Assembly (NCBI GenBank): GCA_963708075.1 | Contig: OY970194.1 | Span: 3,840,001-3,904,000, forward strand | Source: Sedimentisphaerales bacterium | GTDB lineage: Bacteria > Planctomycetota > Phycisphaerae > Sedimentisphaerales > Anaerobacaceae | DNA length: 64,000 nucleotides | Reading direction: 5' to 3' | In this document: one piece after another, positions 48,110-60,000 of the stretch | Position numbering within the stretch: position 1 is the stretch's first letter | Layout of the letters: every line of letters begins with the position of its first letter | Program-made: the position numbers and the translations under genes | The notes under the pieces: model-generated | What the model saw: the letters and a program-made list of their open reading frames with translations, nothing else | Databases searched by the model: none | Told to the model about the DNA's origin: nothing

Positions 48110-49072
48110 ATGAGGCGATGGCGTCTATCTGCAGTTCTGCTGAGTCTATTCAGCGTCTCTTGCCTTATCATCCAGTCGGTATCTGCCGGCCCGGAAGCAG
48201 TCAGCACGGGGTCCAGCACGTCAGAGCCGAATGGTGCTGCGAGCAAGAGCGGCGCGGTCATACCAGCGGCGACAACTACTTCCGGCGACGAAGGTGGCTC
48301 AGCCAGCATCGGGACTCTGATAGAGGAGATCCACTGCGAGGGCTTCTGCCTGGACCTCGACAGAAGTCGCGTCGCCGATGAGAGAGATGCCTGGCTGGTG
48401 TATGTCGTTACAGGCAATCCTGTGGTCGTGCAGCCTCTGGGACAGGAGGCCTATCTTGCCGCAGCCCGACTCAAGCTCCAAGCGGCAGCCCAACTCCCTT
48501 ACCAACTGGTTCAGCTCTATGATGATCCTCCACAAGCCACAGAGAGCCCGCTCCGCGACTGTTTGCGGGAGATCGAAGTTGATCCCACCGGGAATGTCTA
48601 CGTGCTGAACGTCCATCGACTCAATGAGAACTGCATTCTCTGGAAATATGCATCCAACGGGACTGTGCTCGACCGAATCGGCCTGATGGACCCGAACCGC
48701 CCTGTACAGGTGGAGGACCCGATTGGACTGCACATCTCGCGGGATGGGAAACTGCTGTACGTGGCTTCCGCCCAGCGTCATCCGGAGCACCCCGACAGCA
48801 CGGTCTTCTACGGCTTCTTCACGGAGGATTTCTCGCTGGTCAGAACTATTGCCATTGCCGATATGCAGCAGGTGACTTCCCTGGCAGAAGCGGACAATGG
48901 CATTCTCTGGGTGACCGGCTTCAACATCCCCGACAAGCCGACGGCCGAGTCGTATGCCTGGCCGTGTCTGGCGAAGGTCTATCTCGCCGATGAGAACGTG
49001 CAGGCCACATACCTTTCCGGCCCCAATCTGACTGTGCCCATGTCAATGGTCTGGACGGGGGAAGTGAAATGA
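48110..49072 (+). CDS. Secreted protein; internally deleted paralog of the C-terminus of the downstream giant protein (beta-propeller-like)
   Basis: GGAG RBS, signal peptide, S/T/G linker; last 217 aa differ from 53852-54502 at 19 positions. Confidence 0.85.
   Translation: MRRWRLSAVLLSLFSVSCLIIQSVSAGPEAVSTGSSTSEPNGAASKSGAVIPAATTTSGDEGGSASIGTLIEEIHCEGFCLDLDRSRVADERDAWLVYVVTGNPVVVQPLGQEAYLAAARLKLQAAAQLPYQLVQLYDDPPQATESPLRDCLREIEVDPTGNVYVLNVHRLNENCILWKYASNGTVLDRIGLMDPNRPVQVEDPIGLHISRDGKLLYVASAQRHPEHPDSTVFYGFFTEDFSLVRTIAIADMQQVTSLAEADNGILWVTGFNIPDKPTAESYAWPCLAKVYLADENVQATYLSGPNLTVPMSMVWTGEVK
48293..49072 (+). repeat. Direct repeat copy A (matches 53114-53248 joined to 53852-54505)
   Basis: Long near-identical nucleotide runs; differences mainly at third codon positions. 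Confidence 0.95.
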
Positions 49073-49097
49073 CCAATAGCAGGTGAGGAGAGGAATC

Positions 49098-52000
49098 ATG
49101 AGGCGGTTTTGTCTTTCCCTTATCTTGGTAAGCACGGCCATTGCGTCCATGGCTACGGCTCCTGCCGCGGCCGCGACCACCAACGTCGCATCGGGCGCTA
49201 CCGTAAGCCTGGAAGGAGGACCGTTCTTCATCACCGACCAGGGATCAGGATCCAATGAGGTGGTGAATGCCGGCACAGTCGTTGACGGCGTGTTTCTTCC
49301 GAGGAACCGTGTTCGAGACAGAGGCACCGTCTGGTGGGACTCGATTTCCACGTCCGGCCAGTACATCCGGATTAACCTTCAAACCGCTGCCGTGATCGAG
49401 AGCCTGATCGTGCAGGCGGACGACAATGATGCATACCGGGTTTACTATCTGGACCCTGGGAGCCTCACCTGGAAGCTTGCCTGGGAGGCGCCGAACTACG
49501 ATACCTATGGCTGGGGCATGCAGACCCGGCCGAATCCAGCCAATGAAGCACAGGCATATAAGCTCGGTCAGGAGATCACCACGAGTGCCTTGAAGATCGA
49601 AGGCGTTCTCACGGATGGCGACGGGCAGTTCGCGGTGTCCGAGGTACAGGCGTACGGAAGGTGGGTGATTCCCCCTGCTTCCGTCAAGCACACACTGACC
49701 ATCAAGGCGACTCAGGGCGGCTCTGTCACCGTCCCGGGCGAGGGACAATTCCAGTACGCCGAGGGTACAGAAGTTCCCATCGAGGCGAAGGCACACGGAC
49801 TATTCGGCGAGTTTGCAGGCTGGACCGGTTCCCCCGTCGACCTTGGCAAGGTGAAAAACTCTAGGGCCGCCAAAACCTCGGTCGTGGTCGACGCCGACTA
49901 TTCGTTGCAGGCCAATTTCCAGGGTGTACTGGAGTCGTGGAGCATCGTGTACACGAACAGCTTCCAGAGTGCCATAGGACGTGAGTGGTCAAGGACAAAC
50001 ACTGATGTCACGCCCGCGGGCCAGCGGAGGTTTCTCGGGCAGTTCGGCAACGAGACGGTGACCCTCGCTCTGCAGAACCTGCCAAAAAACCATGCCCAGG
50101 TGAGAGTATCGTTCGACTTGCTGGTTATCCGCTCGTGGGACGGGGTGGATTCCAGCTACGGTCCGGACCTGTGGGCGTTGTCCGTCCGCTCCGGGCCAGG
50201 GCTGATCCGCACCACGTTCGACAACAACTACTTCACGTCCCAGGACACTCACAGACAATCGTACCCGCGTGAGTACCCGGATGGCAGTTCGATGCCTCAG
50301 ACAGAGGCCGTGGAGAGGAACTCGCTCGGCTACTATTGGGGGTACGACAGGTGCGACGCCGTCTATCACCTCACGTTCACGTTTGACCATTCAGACCCGA
50401 CCCTCGGTCTGGATTTCTGGGCCGCCGGGCTCGAGGACCGATCGAATGAGAGCTGGGGGATCGACAACGTGAAAGTGGAGTTGGGACGGGACATCGTCGG
50501 CTCTCCCATACCCCCTGAGTCTCCGCCGTCTCCTGAGCATATTGAGGCTTCTCATCCTTACCCGTCCGATGGGGCCAGGAACGTCGTTTCGCCCGTGCTC
50601 GCGTGGCGTTCGGAGCCGGCCGCGACACTCCACGACGTGTATTTCGACGCGACGCAAGATCCCAAAATCTGCTACGGGCGGAAGATGAAGACCACGTTCA
50701 AAGTTCCCTTCCCCTACAGCCCCGGGACAAAGTACTACTGGCGCATCGATGAGGTGAAGACCCAGGGCAGTGGCGAATTCGTATCAAGTGGCAAGGTCTG
50801 GAGTTTCACCACCGCGGGCCTGCAGGCACACAGTCCGTACCCGCTGGACCAGCGCGAGTGGAGACCGTCGCAAGTGCATCTATCCTGGGGATCGGGTCTG
50901 AACGCTGCCTTTCATGATGTCTACATCGGCACACAGCAGAGGACCCTGAATTGCGTCGACCGCGTAACCCAGGCCGATTACGTGTACCCTCAATCTCTCG
51001 CTCCGGGCACCACCTACTACTGGCGGATCGATGAAGTGGAAGCCGATGGCAAGACCGTACACAGCGGCCCGGTCTGGAGCTTCAAGACGCCCAGCGCCAT
51101 CATTGTGGACGACGATGCACCCGGCGATCCGCGACCGCGCGATCCGGCGGTCAGCGATCCGGCCGAAAACGGCACGGCCCAGCACCCCTACGACTCTATC
51201 CAGGAGGCGATCGACAAGAGTCCTTCCACGGGCGTGATCCTGGTGCGCGACGGCCTGTACACGGATCGCGACAGGAGCTGGACGGGAATGCGCTTCCGAG
51301 GCAAAAGGATCACGCTCAGGAGCGAGCATGGTCCTTCACAATGCATCATCGACTGCCAGAACAATGGACGTGGGTTCATCTTCGACCAGGGCGAAGGAAA
51401 TGAAAGCGTTCTGGAAGGATTCACCATCACCAACGGCTATTCGGGGGAGAGCGGAGGGGCGATTCAATGCAGCCCCGGCACGAGCCCACGGATCGTCAAC
51501 TGCCGGTTTGTGGAGAACACGGCCAATGAGTTTGGAGCGGCGGTCTTTCTGACCAGCGCCAGTCCCACGATCTCCGGCTGCGTGCTTTCCGGGAACAAAG
51601 CCACGCGTGCGCAAGGCTGTGGCGGAATCTACTGTACCGGCAGCAGCGAACCGACCCTGATCGACACGGAAATCAGCGGAAACACCGGGACAGGATTCTT
51701 CTCGGGCGGCAAGCGCATCTATTTCGAGGGGGATGTGAAGTTCTCCGGCAACGACATCGTCGGAGCGGGGATGATTCTTCTGAGCAACGGCACGTGCCTG
51801 GAACTGGCGGGCTGTCGCGTCAGTCACAATATCCAGGGCCCGGGTCGAATCCGTATTCCCCCCGGCTCGACCGCTACCATCGACGGGAGCAACATCGTGA
51901 TGGACCTGTCCGGAGAGGGAATGATCGAGTGCACCGGCCGGCTCCTGATCACCAAGGCTACGCTGAAAGGGGCGTACGTGCGAGTGCGCGCCGCCGGCGT

Positions 52001-54505
52001 CGTGCTGGACGAAGGGGCCACGGTCGAAGGCAATACCTTCCGGCTGGACGATCCCACCGGCATCAGCGAGCTCGAGGTCCTGGGCACGGTCAACTCCTTC
52101 AAATCCAACACAATCTACGCCACAAACGACGACTGCCTGAAGATCAACCCCAAGGAGTTCCTCGCCAGAGCGCCAAGGAGAACCTGATTTACGTGACTCT
52201 CGTCGGCGGCCACGTGTTCGAGGTCCGCGGCAAGGATGAGAACGCCTCCGCGCCCGATAAGGAATCCTGCCTGGTCCCGGGGACGGACTGCCTCACGTAC
52301 TTCGACCTGACCCGGTGGAGCATCAACACCATGACCCTGCGCCAGGGTTCTGCGGTCGCGTTGACCAATCGCTCCCAGGACCAGCGGGGTCTGTTGACCC
52401 GCGAAGCGCTGTACGTGAAGACGCTTGTGCTGGAGCCCAACTCGGTTCTGAACCTGGCCTCCAATCGGCTGTACTGCGAGAACCTCATTCAGGATCCCAC
52501 GGCCCGAATTGTCAATGAGCCGCTGTTGGCGTGGTCACTGGGCCAGGTGGATTTCTCCGATCCCAACGGCCTTACCGAACAGGTCCAACCGAACAATGTC
52601 CAAGCCTCTGACGACCCGCAGTATACCCGGGTGCACGTAGAGCGGATCCTCGGCCTCCCTCCTGATCCGGGCGGGGTGATGCGAATGCGGAATCTGGAGG
52701 ACGTTGATCCGTGTTCTGCAACGCACGGCACGCTCGTAACCGCCCGGGCCAAAGTGGCATTCGACAGGTGTTATGAGAGTTCCGTCCTGGTCCGCTTCTC
52801 GTACTTGTTTGAGAATCCGGCCCCGGGGTTGGGGTTGGTAGCGTATCTCTGCGATATGCCGAACCTGCTGGGCTATAATGATCCGTTGCGAGAGAGGCAC
52901 TACCGGGAGATCGGCCGAGTGACGCCGCCTCCGGAGGGATCCCCCGGCTCTATCGGCAGTGGGCGGATGGCTATTTTCGAAGAGCGGGTCCCCACGGCAG
53001 GACTGAATCTGGTCAATGGCACATGGGTGGAATTGGAGCTCGTGGAAGCGCAGCCGCAGGTCTATGCAGCCGCCTCCTACGGAGGCCTCCACCTAGCAGC
53101 CGCCGGTGGAGGCGGCGGCTCCGCCAGTATCGGGATCCTAAAGGAAGAGATCCACTGCGAGGGCTTCTGCCTGGACCTCAACAGAAATCGCATCGCCGAC
53201 GAGGAGGACGCCTGGCTGGTGTATGTCGTTTCAGGCAGCCCTGTGGTCCTGGGCGACGGGGGTACAGGCATTGCCAGTTGTGTTGACGGCGTCTTCAGCA
53301 GTGATGGCTATGTCGATTTCTACGACACCTGTTCATGGGATTGGGCACTGAAGCACCTGAACTACGTGCAGTGCGGAAAACCGCGGTTGATACCTTTTTC
53401 CGACACGGTTTTCAGCGCAACGAATGGCGGGTATTCTGCCTCCAAGGTCTCCGCGGGGCTGAGACCCAGCAGTCCAGACCCTCTGCCGGAGGGATTGCTG
53501 ATCCTTGGCAAATCTCAGACGGATCTTCTGAGTGATTCCCTCTGCTTTTTCAACAGCGATCCGACACAAGCGGTGGACTACAGTCCACCCGGCTTGCCCG
53601 CTCGCGGCAATATCCGCATCGTGCCAAACCCGGCCAGGCAACTCTGCCTCCTCAATTCTGAACAAGGCGTGCTCCTGCTGGACAATCCGGCAAAGTCCCT
53701 CATTCCGCCCGGCAGGATCAGTATCGCCAGCGATCCACGCCACCATAAGTCGGCGACTGTCTGCGTCGGCGTTCAGACGGGAAGCTTGAGTTGCTTCGGC
53801 CGGCCCATCTTCGATCTGGCCTTCGGACCGGACGGGGACGCCTACGCCGTTCCCGTGGTCGTGCAGCCCCAGGGCCAGGAGGCCTATCTCGCGGCGGCCC
53901 GACTCAAGCTGCAAACTGGCGCCTCACTCCCTTATCAACTGGTCCAGCTCTATGACGATCCTCCACCGGCCACAGAGAGCCAGTTCCGCGACTGTTTGCG
54001 GGAGATCGAAGTCGATTCCGCCGAGAACATCTACGTGCTGAACGTCCATCGATTCAACGAGAACTGCATGCTCTGGAAGTATGCCTCCAACGGGACCGTA
54101 CTCGACCGAATCAGCCTGATGGACCCGAATGGCCCTGTGCAGGTGGAGGACCCGATTGGACTGCACATCTCGCGGGATGGGAAACTGCTCTACGTAGCTT
54201 CCGCCCAGCGTCATCCGGAGCACCCCGACAGCACGGTCTTCTATGGCTTCTTCACGGAGGATTTCTCGCTGGTCAGAACTATTGCCATTGCCGATATGCA
54301 GCAGGTGACTTCTCTGGCGGAAGCGGAAAATGGCATCCTCTGGGTGACCGGATTCAATATCCCCGACAGGCCGACGGCCGAGTCCTATGCCTGGCCGTGT
54401 CTGGCGAAGGTCTATCTCGCCGATGAGAACGTGCAGGCCACATACCTTTCCGGTCCCAATCTGACCATACCTATGTCAATGGTCTGGACGGGGCAAGTGA
54501 AATGA
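49098..54505 (+). CDS. Giant (~1800 aa) secreted/surface protein; one -1 frameshift near 52165
   Basis: Signal peptide; discoidin-like domain (..VSEVQAYG); B-repeat-like (GGSVTVPGEG...F.GW.G); lectin-like domain (ESWGIDNV); two FN3-like YYWRIDEV..G.VWSF repeats; beta-helix (PY.SIQEAID, GFTITNG, GGAI); EF-hand-like DLN.N/DGYVD; propeller-like tail. Adding one base gives EFLGQSAKENLIYV. Confidence 0.8.
53114..54505 (+). repeat. Direct repeat copy B (612 nt longer than copy A)
   Basis: See copy A; the extra segment lies between CCTGTGGTC (53240) and CCCGTGGTC (53852). Confidence 0.95.
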
Positions 54506-54545
54506 ACGACAATAGGAAAGTTCCCCTGATTCCGGAGTAAACGCG

Positions 54546-56090
54546 ATGGATGAGACAGCCCCGCTGCAATTTTCAGACGGCGGGCCGGACGGCCGCTCGC
54601 GTCAGATCAGCCCGCAGGTTACGTTCGAGGGCTATCAGATCCTGGAAGAGCTTACGCACGGCGGTCAGGCCGTGGTCTATAAAGCCCTGCATAAGGCGAC
54701 CAGGACAAAAGTGGCCCTCAAGGTCCTCCTGCCGGCGCTGACCGCTTCCGCAAAAGCCCGTCAGTACTTCCGGCAGGAAGTGGACCTCGCCGCCAGCCTC
54801 AGTCATCCGAACATCGTGACGATTCGAGACAGCGGTATTGCGCAGGGCCAGTACTACTTCGCCATGAACTATGTGCATGGCCAGCCGCTCGACCGACATG
54901 TGCTCGCTAAGAACCTGTCGCTCCGGGATAAGCTCATTCTGTTCGCCAAGATCTGCGACGCGATGACGCATGCCCATCAGCGAGGCGTCATTCACCGGGA
55001 CCTCAAGCCCTCCAATATCCTGGTCGATGAGCGAGACGAGCCACAGATCCTGGACTTCGGCCTGGCCAAGACCGCCGCCAATCTCAGCGCGGTTTCCGAC
55101 GGTGGGGTCATGCCGACCATCACCGGCCAGATCCAGGGCACTGTCGCATATATGTCCCCGGAACAGGCTGCCGGCCGGCCCGACCTCATGGACGTGCGAA
55201 CCGATGTCTATTCGCTCGGCGTGATCCTCTACGAGATGTGCACGGGCAAGCTACCATATGATGTGCATGGCTCGATCCTCGAGGCGCTGAAGACCATTCA
55301 GTGCACTGAGCCGGCAAGGCCCAGACAGATCCTCGGCCGGTTCAATTCGGATGTGGAGGCGATCATCCTGAAGTGCCTGGCGAAAGACCCCGACCAGAGA
55401 TATCAATCCGCCAGCGAGTTGAAGCAGGATGTGCAGCGATGGCTGGACGGACTGCCTATCGTCGCCAAATCCGTCAGCTCCATCTACGTGCTTCGGAAGA
55501 TCGTCTCCCGCCACAGGTATACCACCACGGTGGTCGGGCTGCTGCTGGTGATTGTAGCCGGTGTTGCCGCTTTCAGCCTGCAGTTCCATCACTTGCTGAG
55601 AAATACAAGAGGCGATCTGAAGAAAGCTGACGAGCGGTATGAGGCGATGTCCAGGCAAGTCCTCCAGATGACTCGCGACGGCACATTCCTCCGGTTCCTG
55701 GAGGCGTGGCGGCAAGGTGATCTTGACACGGCCCGGAAGATGGCCGTATACATGATCGATGATCAATCGAGGGGGAAGAAAAGTGCAATGTTCCTGCTGC
55801 GGTCTGCGATGGTCTCGGAAAGCGACGACAGCTTCCGGGACAGTCTCGGCAATGAAGAAAGATGGTTTGCCGACTTCGTGCTGGCCGAGAAATGCATGCG
55901 CGATGGGAAGTCCGAACAGGCCAGACAGTTGAGTAAGAGCAGTTATCAGGCCATGAGCCGCCGGTCCGGCACGAACGGGAGCCTGCCGGATAAGTTGTTC
56001 GAAGGATACATCAGGACCCGGCTTCTCGAAATCATGTTGTCCGGCCAGGAGCCGGAGATCACGGCTGCGGGGCAGCACGGAGGCGAATGA
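54546..56090 (+). CDS. Hanks-type Ser/Thr protein kinase with a TM helix
   Basis: [63 protein letters not shown]. Confidence 0.96.
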   Translation: MDETAPLQFSDGGPDGRSRQISPQVTFEGYQILEELTHGGQAVVYKALHKATRTKVALKVLLPALTASAKARQYFRQEVDLAASLSHPNIVTIRDSGIAQGQYYFAMNYVHGQPLDRHVLAKNLSLRDKLILFAKICDAMTHAHQRGVIHRDLKPSNILVDERDEPQILDFGLAKTAANLSAVSDGGVMPTITGQIQGTVAYMSPEQAAGRPDLMDVRTDVYSLGVILYEMCTGKLPYDVHGSILEALKTIQCTEPARPRQILGRFNSDVEAIILKCLAKDPDQRYQSASELKQDVQRWLDGLPIVAKSVSSIYVLRKIVSRHRYTTTVVGLLLVIVAGVAAFSLQFHHLLRNTRGDLKKADERYEAMSRQVLQMTRDGTFLRFLEAWRQGDLDTARKMAVYMIDDQSRGKKSAMFLLRSAMVSESDDSFRDSLGNEERWFADFVLAEKCMRDGKSEQARQLSKSSYQAMSRRSGTNGSLPDKLFEGYIRTRLLEIMLSGQEPEITAAGQHGGE

Positions 56091-56920
56091 CAATGACAGC
56101 CGAAACACATGCCATGCACGCGAGAGCAAAGGCCTGCACAGGCTTCACCTTGATCGAGCTGCTCGTGGTGGTGGCCACGATCTCCCTGTTGCTGGCCCTT
56201 CTCCTCCCTGCACTGAACAGGGCCCGCGCCTGGAGCAGACAGACGGTCTGCACCGGCAATCTCAGACAACTCCACCTGGCCTGGCACAACTACCTGGTGG
56301 ACAGCAACAACCGCTTCTATCAACTGCCAAATGCAAACATGTACTATGGCGGATGGCACAGCAAGAAGGGCTGGTGGCCGCGAGTGCTCAACCCGTATGT
56401 CTTCGGGGAGGGGGCGAACAGCGTGACGGAGCAGAGCGCCAGGGTATTCTACTGTCCGGCGGATCGTGGCGGCGTTCCGGGCCTCTCTGCTTACGCGCAG
56501 GTGTATCACACGCATGGAACCAGCTATCAGACCAATCTGTTCCTGGTTGGTTCGCCGATCAATAATATCCCGTACAGCAAGTACACCCAGGAGCTGGACA
56601 ACGCGATCTTCGACCGACTGCCGAACCTTACGACTGACCGGGTGGCGGGACCGGCCCGTGTATTATTGATGGGCGACTATGGATGGGTCAATCAGTGGGA
56701 CCCCATGGATCCGGGCGAGGACCCCGGCACGGAGTTGAAGGAACTGGCAGAATGGCATGGCAGGACGGATTGTCACAACGTGGTTTTCCTGGACGGGCAT
56801 GCAAAGTACACGGAGATCCGGAAGGGAAGGTACGTTGACGATGAGTACTGCGTACTGCCCTTTCAGGAACTTCGGGGCATGGCGAATGACATCCAGCGCC
56901 AACATGAACAAGAAAAGTAG
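56087..56920 (+). CDS. Prepilin-type N-terminal cleavage/methylation protein with H...DGH C-terminal motif (DUF1559-like)
   Basis: [41 protein letters not shown]....[12 protein letters not shown] overlap with the kinase. Confidence 0.9.
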   Translation: MTMTAETHAMHARAKACTGFTLIELLVVVATISLLLALLLPALNRARAWSRQTVCTGNLRQLHLAWHNYLVDSNNRFYQLPNANMYYGGWHSKKGWWPRVLNPYVFGEGANSVTEQSARVFYCPADRGGVPGLSAYAQVYHTHGTSYQTNLFLVGSPINNIPYSKYTQELDNAIFDRLPNLTTDRVAGPARVLLMGDYGWVNQWDPMDPGEDPGTELKELAEWHGRTDCHNVVFLDGHAKYTEIRKGRYVDDEYCVLPFQELRGMANDIQRQHEQEK

Positions 56921-56961
56921 AAGGTCCGCTGGGCCGAATCCGCCGACTGCCTATTGGTGAA

Positions 56962-58377
56962 TCACCGTTGCGGCGCTCCCTTCTTTCGTCCACCGGTCTT
57001 TTGTGTTGAGGCCTTCGGTTCCTCGCCTTTCTGGCCCGAAGGCACCGCGTTTTTGAGGAAAGCATCAAGGCGGGCGCGCATCTGTTTCACTTTCTCCGGT
57101 TGCGACACGGCAAGGTTCTTCGACTCACCGACGTCATCGGTGAGGTTATAGAGTTCCACCTTAGCCGTGACGCCGTCGCCACCGGGAGGAGTCTCTTCGG
57201 CGTTCTGTTCGCCGGCGTTGAGCAGGAGCTTCCAGTCGCCCATGCGGATGGCCGCCTTCGACGGCACAGTCCCGGCCAGCAGGATGGCATCGTGCGGCGA
57301 CCTCTCTCCTTTCGTGAGCATCGGCCATACATCGAGGCCATCGGGTGCGAACTTCTGCTCCCGCGAAGCCCCAGCGAGTCTCAGCAGCGTGGGATACCAG
57401 TCCACCGCGTGCATTCGCTCCCTGATGGTTGTGCCCGCCGGGACGTGGCCGGGCCACGTCGCAAACGCACATGCACGGAGGCCGCCTTCGTAGATGGTGC
57501 CCTTACCCGCGCGCAGCGGCGTATTCCTGGAAACCCTGCCCGGAGCCGGGCCGCCGTTGTCGCTGGAGAAAATGATAAGCGTGTTCTTCCGCAGGCCCTT
57601 CTCCTCGAGCGCTGTGGTGATCTGCCCGATGGCTTCGTCCACCACCGAAAGCATCGCCGCCATCGTCTGCCGATTACCGCTGAGATTCGGGAACGCCTTC
57701 TTGTATTCCGGCGGTACCTGGTACGGCGCGTGGACGCCGTTGAACGGAACGTAGAGAAACAGGGGTTTGTCGGTGGGTTGCTCGCGAATGAGCCGGCAGG
57801 CTTCCTTCGCGACCAGGTGCGTGGTGTAGCCCTCTTCCCGCAAGGGTTTGTCGTCGCGATACCAGTCGGGTTTGCCGTCGCGGACATGAGTGAAGTAGTC
57901 CAGGGCGCCGAACATGTGGCCGTATTGATGGTCAAAGCCGCGGCGCGTGGGCATGTACTCCGGCTGGAATTCGCCGAGATGCCACTTTCCGCAGATGGCC
58001 GTGGTGTAGCCCGCATCGCGCAGCGCCTGCGGCAACGTCCGCTCCTCCAATGGCAGCCCCCACGGCGCGCCTGGCCGCACGACCGTGTACACACCTGTGT
58101 GCGTCGCGTACCGGCCCGTCAACAGTGCCGCGCGCGTGGGCGAACACACCGGCTGCACATAGAACGATTCGAGCACCGCCCCTTCTTTCGCGAGCCGGTC
58201 GATGTTCGGCGTGCGAACGTCCTTGCTGCCCATGAAGCCGACGTCCGCATACCCGAGATCGTCTACAAGGAAATAGACAATGTTCGGCTTGGCACGCTGG
58301 GTTTGCGCGCTTAGTTCAGCGGCGAATGCCCCTGTGCCGCAGACGACGGCGATGGCGAACAAAACACTGTGTTTCAC
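56962..58377 (-). CDS. Arylsulfatase (formylglycine-dependent, Cys-type)
   Basis: PNIVYFLVDDLGY, CSPTRAALLTGRY, GKWHLG, SDNGG, GKGTIYEGG; GTG start with signal peptide. Confidence 0.95.
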   Translation of the reverse strand: MKHSVLFAIAVVCGTGAFAAELSAQTQRAKPNIVYFLVDDLGYADVGFMGSKDVRTPNIDRLAKEGAVLESFYVQPVCSPTRAALLTGRYATHTGVYTVVRPGAPWGLPLEERTLPQALRDAGYTTAICGKWHLGEFQPEYMPTRRGFDHQYGHMFGALDYFTHVRDGKPDWYRDDKPLREEGYTTHLVAKEACRLIREQPTDKPLFLYVPFNGVHAPYQVPPEYKKAFPNLSGNRQTMAAMLSVVDEAIGQITTALEEKGLRKNTLIIFSSDNGGPAPGRVSRNTPLRAGKGTIYEGGLRACAFATWPGHVPAGTTIRERMHAVDWYPTLLRLAGASREQKFAPDGLDVWPMLTKGERSPHDAILLAGTVPSKAAIRMGDWKLLLNAGEQNAEETPPGGDGVTAKVELYNLTDDVGESKNLAVSQPEKVKQMRARLDAFLKNAVPSGQKGEEPKASTQKTGGRKKGAPQR

Positions 58378-58440
58378 GTTAACCCTTTCCACCGGCACAG
58401 CCGAATGTGTAGCGATCGCTTCGCTCCCTTTCTGACTGCA

Positions 58441-60000
58441 TCAACTCCGAGCAGTTTTCTCCGCCGGCTTGATAGTTTCCTCATGTGTGCGAGGCGAGTG
58501 TACGACGTTGATGCCGTACATCTGGCAAAACGCCTCGACGTCGCGCCGATGATTGCCGTAGAAGACGACCTGGTGGAATCCCAGGACATCGCGGCAATCC
58601 TCGATGCCATCCATCTGGATCTCCACGCTCGTCCGGCAGCCGCCGGCCGGGGGCGTGTTCACGTTGCCGACCACGGTGCCTGTATCGAGATAGAGCGCAT
58701 CGGGCTTGAAGAATTGCACGAGCGTCACCGGCTGGCCGACCGGCCAGAGGACCTGCGGCGAGACGCCCAGGCTCGACTCGGAGTGGCTGCGGAGGATATA
58801 GGGCGCGTGTTCCTTCTGTCGGCCGAGGCCGTAAATCCGCGTGCCGCTGACGCAATGGGCGGCAACCAGCACGTTCTTGACGGTCTCCGGCACGGGGTCA
58901 TTCATGAATCCCGGCTTGTCGAACAGGTAGCTCGTCAGCATGAGCGACACCGCCGGCCCGACCGCCGCCTCGCAGCCGTAGGTCACCCCCGCATCCTGGA
59001 AGATCGATGCCCCCATGCACGGCGGGGTCGGCACTTTCTTCTGCGTGACCATGCCCAGGCAGTCGGTCGTCAGCGCATTGCAGCCTTCGTTCTTGAGCAG
59101 TTGCTTTGCGGCAATGTACGACCGTGCGGCGTTCAGGCCATCCTGCTTCGTCGGCTCGATGACCTTCTCCGCCTCGCGGAATCGCTGATGCGCGACCCAC
59201 TCGGCCTCCTCGCTGACCGGCGTCTGACTGAACATCTCCTCGAAGGTCGCCCGGGGAACATGCTGGAGGCTCACGAAACCGAATTTGCCTTCCTTGCGCT
59301 CGTTACCGCTTACAACGAGCATTCTGGTTGCTTCGAGCTGCCGCTTCGCGCGGACCATGCGCAGCGCCTGCTCGATGGCTGGCGTCTCCAGCGATGAGAT
59401 GACGTGGACAGCGGGTTGAAAAGCCAGGCTGTTGATGTGTCCCGTGAAGGCGGTGCCGACCGGTGCAAAGACGATCGTGGGCACGCCGGCCTTGGCAATC
59501 TCGCTCGCCATGCCCCAGCTCTGCAGGTGCTGGAGCGTGACAAGGACGGCATCGGGCTTCTCGGCCTGCACTTTCTTGACGAACGAGGCGACGGCCGCAT
59601 TCTCCTCAAGAGGCTGCCCCTCCTGGAGGATTTCAACCCCGATGCGCTGGGCAGCATCGGCGGTTGCCTTGGCGTATCTTGCCCGCTCGCCTTCTACGTC
59701 ATACGAAGTGCCCGGCCAGCCGAGCCAATAGGGCGGTTTCTGGCGGGCGACCACGCTCATCACCCGGACCTTCGGTCGCGGCCGGAACGACGCCAGATCG
59801 ATTTCCTCGTTCGATTTGGGCGTGGTGTGGAGTGAAGGGGCGAAAGATTTTTCGCCCCTACTGGCACACCCCGTCGTCAGTGCCGCTGTGCAGACCGCTG
59901 CCGTGCCCAGAAAAGACCGCCTGGACATCGCGCAACAACTGCACGGATGCCTGTGAGCACTGGGGCTTTCATTCGATTTGAACTGACTGTTGCTGGACAT
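58441..60000 (-). CDS. Tat-signal protein, L-fucose/L-arabinose isomerase-like fold
   Basis: SRRSFLG Tat motif; DCL, PCM, GCE, GFMNDP, AHC, CRT, GFHQVVFYGN pattern resembling FucI/AraA-related proteins. Confidence 0.6.
   Translation of the reverse strand: MSSNSQFKSNESPSAHRHPCSCCAMSRRSFLGTAAVCTAALTTGCASRGEKSFAPSLHTTPKSNEEIDLASFRPRPKVRVMSVVARQKPPYWLGWPGTSYDVEGERARYAKATADAAQRIGVEILQEGQPLEENAAVASFVKKVQAEKPDAVLVTLQHLQSWGMASEIAKAGVPTIVFAPVGTAFTGHINSLAFQPAVHVISSLETPAIEQALRMVRAKRQLEATRMLVVSGNERKEGKFGFVSLQHVPRATFEEMFSQTPVSEEAEWVAHQRFREAEKVIEPTKQDGLNAARSYIAAKQLLKNEGCNALTTDCLGMVTQKKVPTPPCMGASIFQDAGVTYGCEAAVGPAVSLMLTSYLFDKPGFMNDPVPETVKNVLVAAHCVSGTRIYGLGRQKEHAPYILRSHSESSLGVSPQVLWPVGQPVTLVQFFKPDALYLDTGTVVGNVNTPPAGGCRTSVEIQMDGIEDCRDVLGFHQVVFYGNHRRDVEAFCQMYGINVVHSPRTHEETIKPAEKTARS

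Noticed and set aside
48293..54505. Diversity-generating retroelement TR/VR pair
   Set aside because: Differences between the copies are not adenine-specific and are largely synonymous, both copies are coding and long, and there is no reverse transcriptase in the window.
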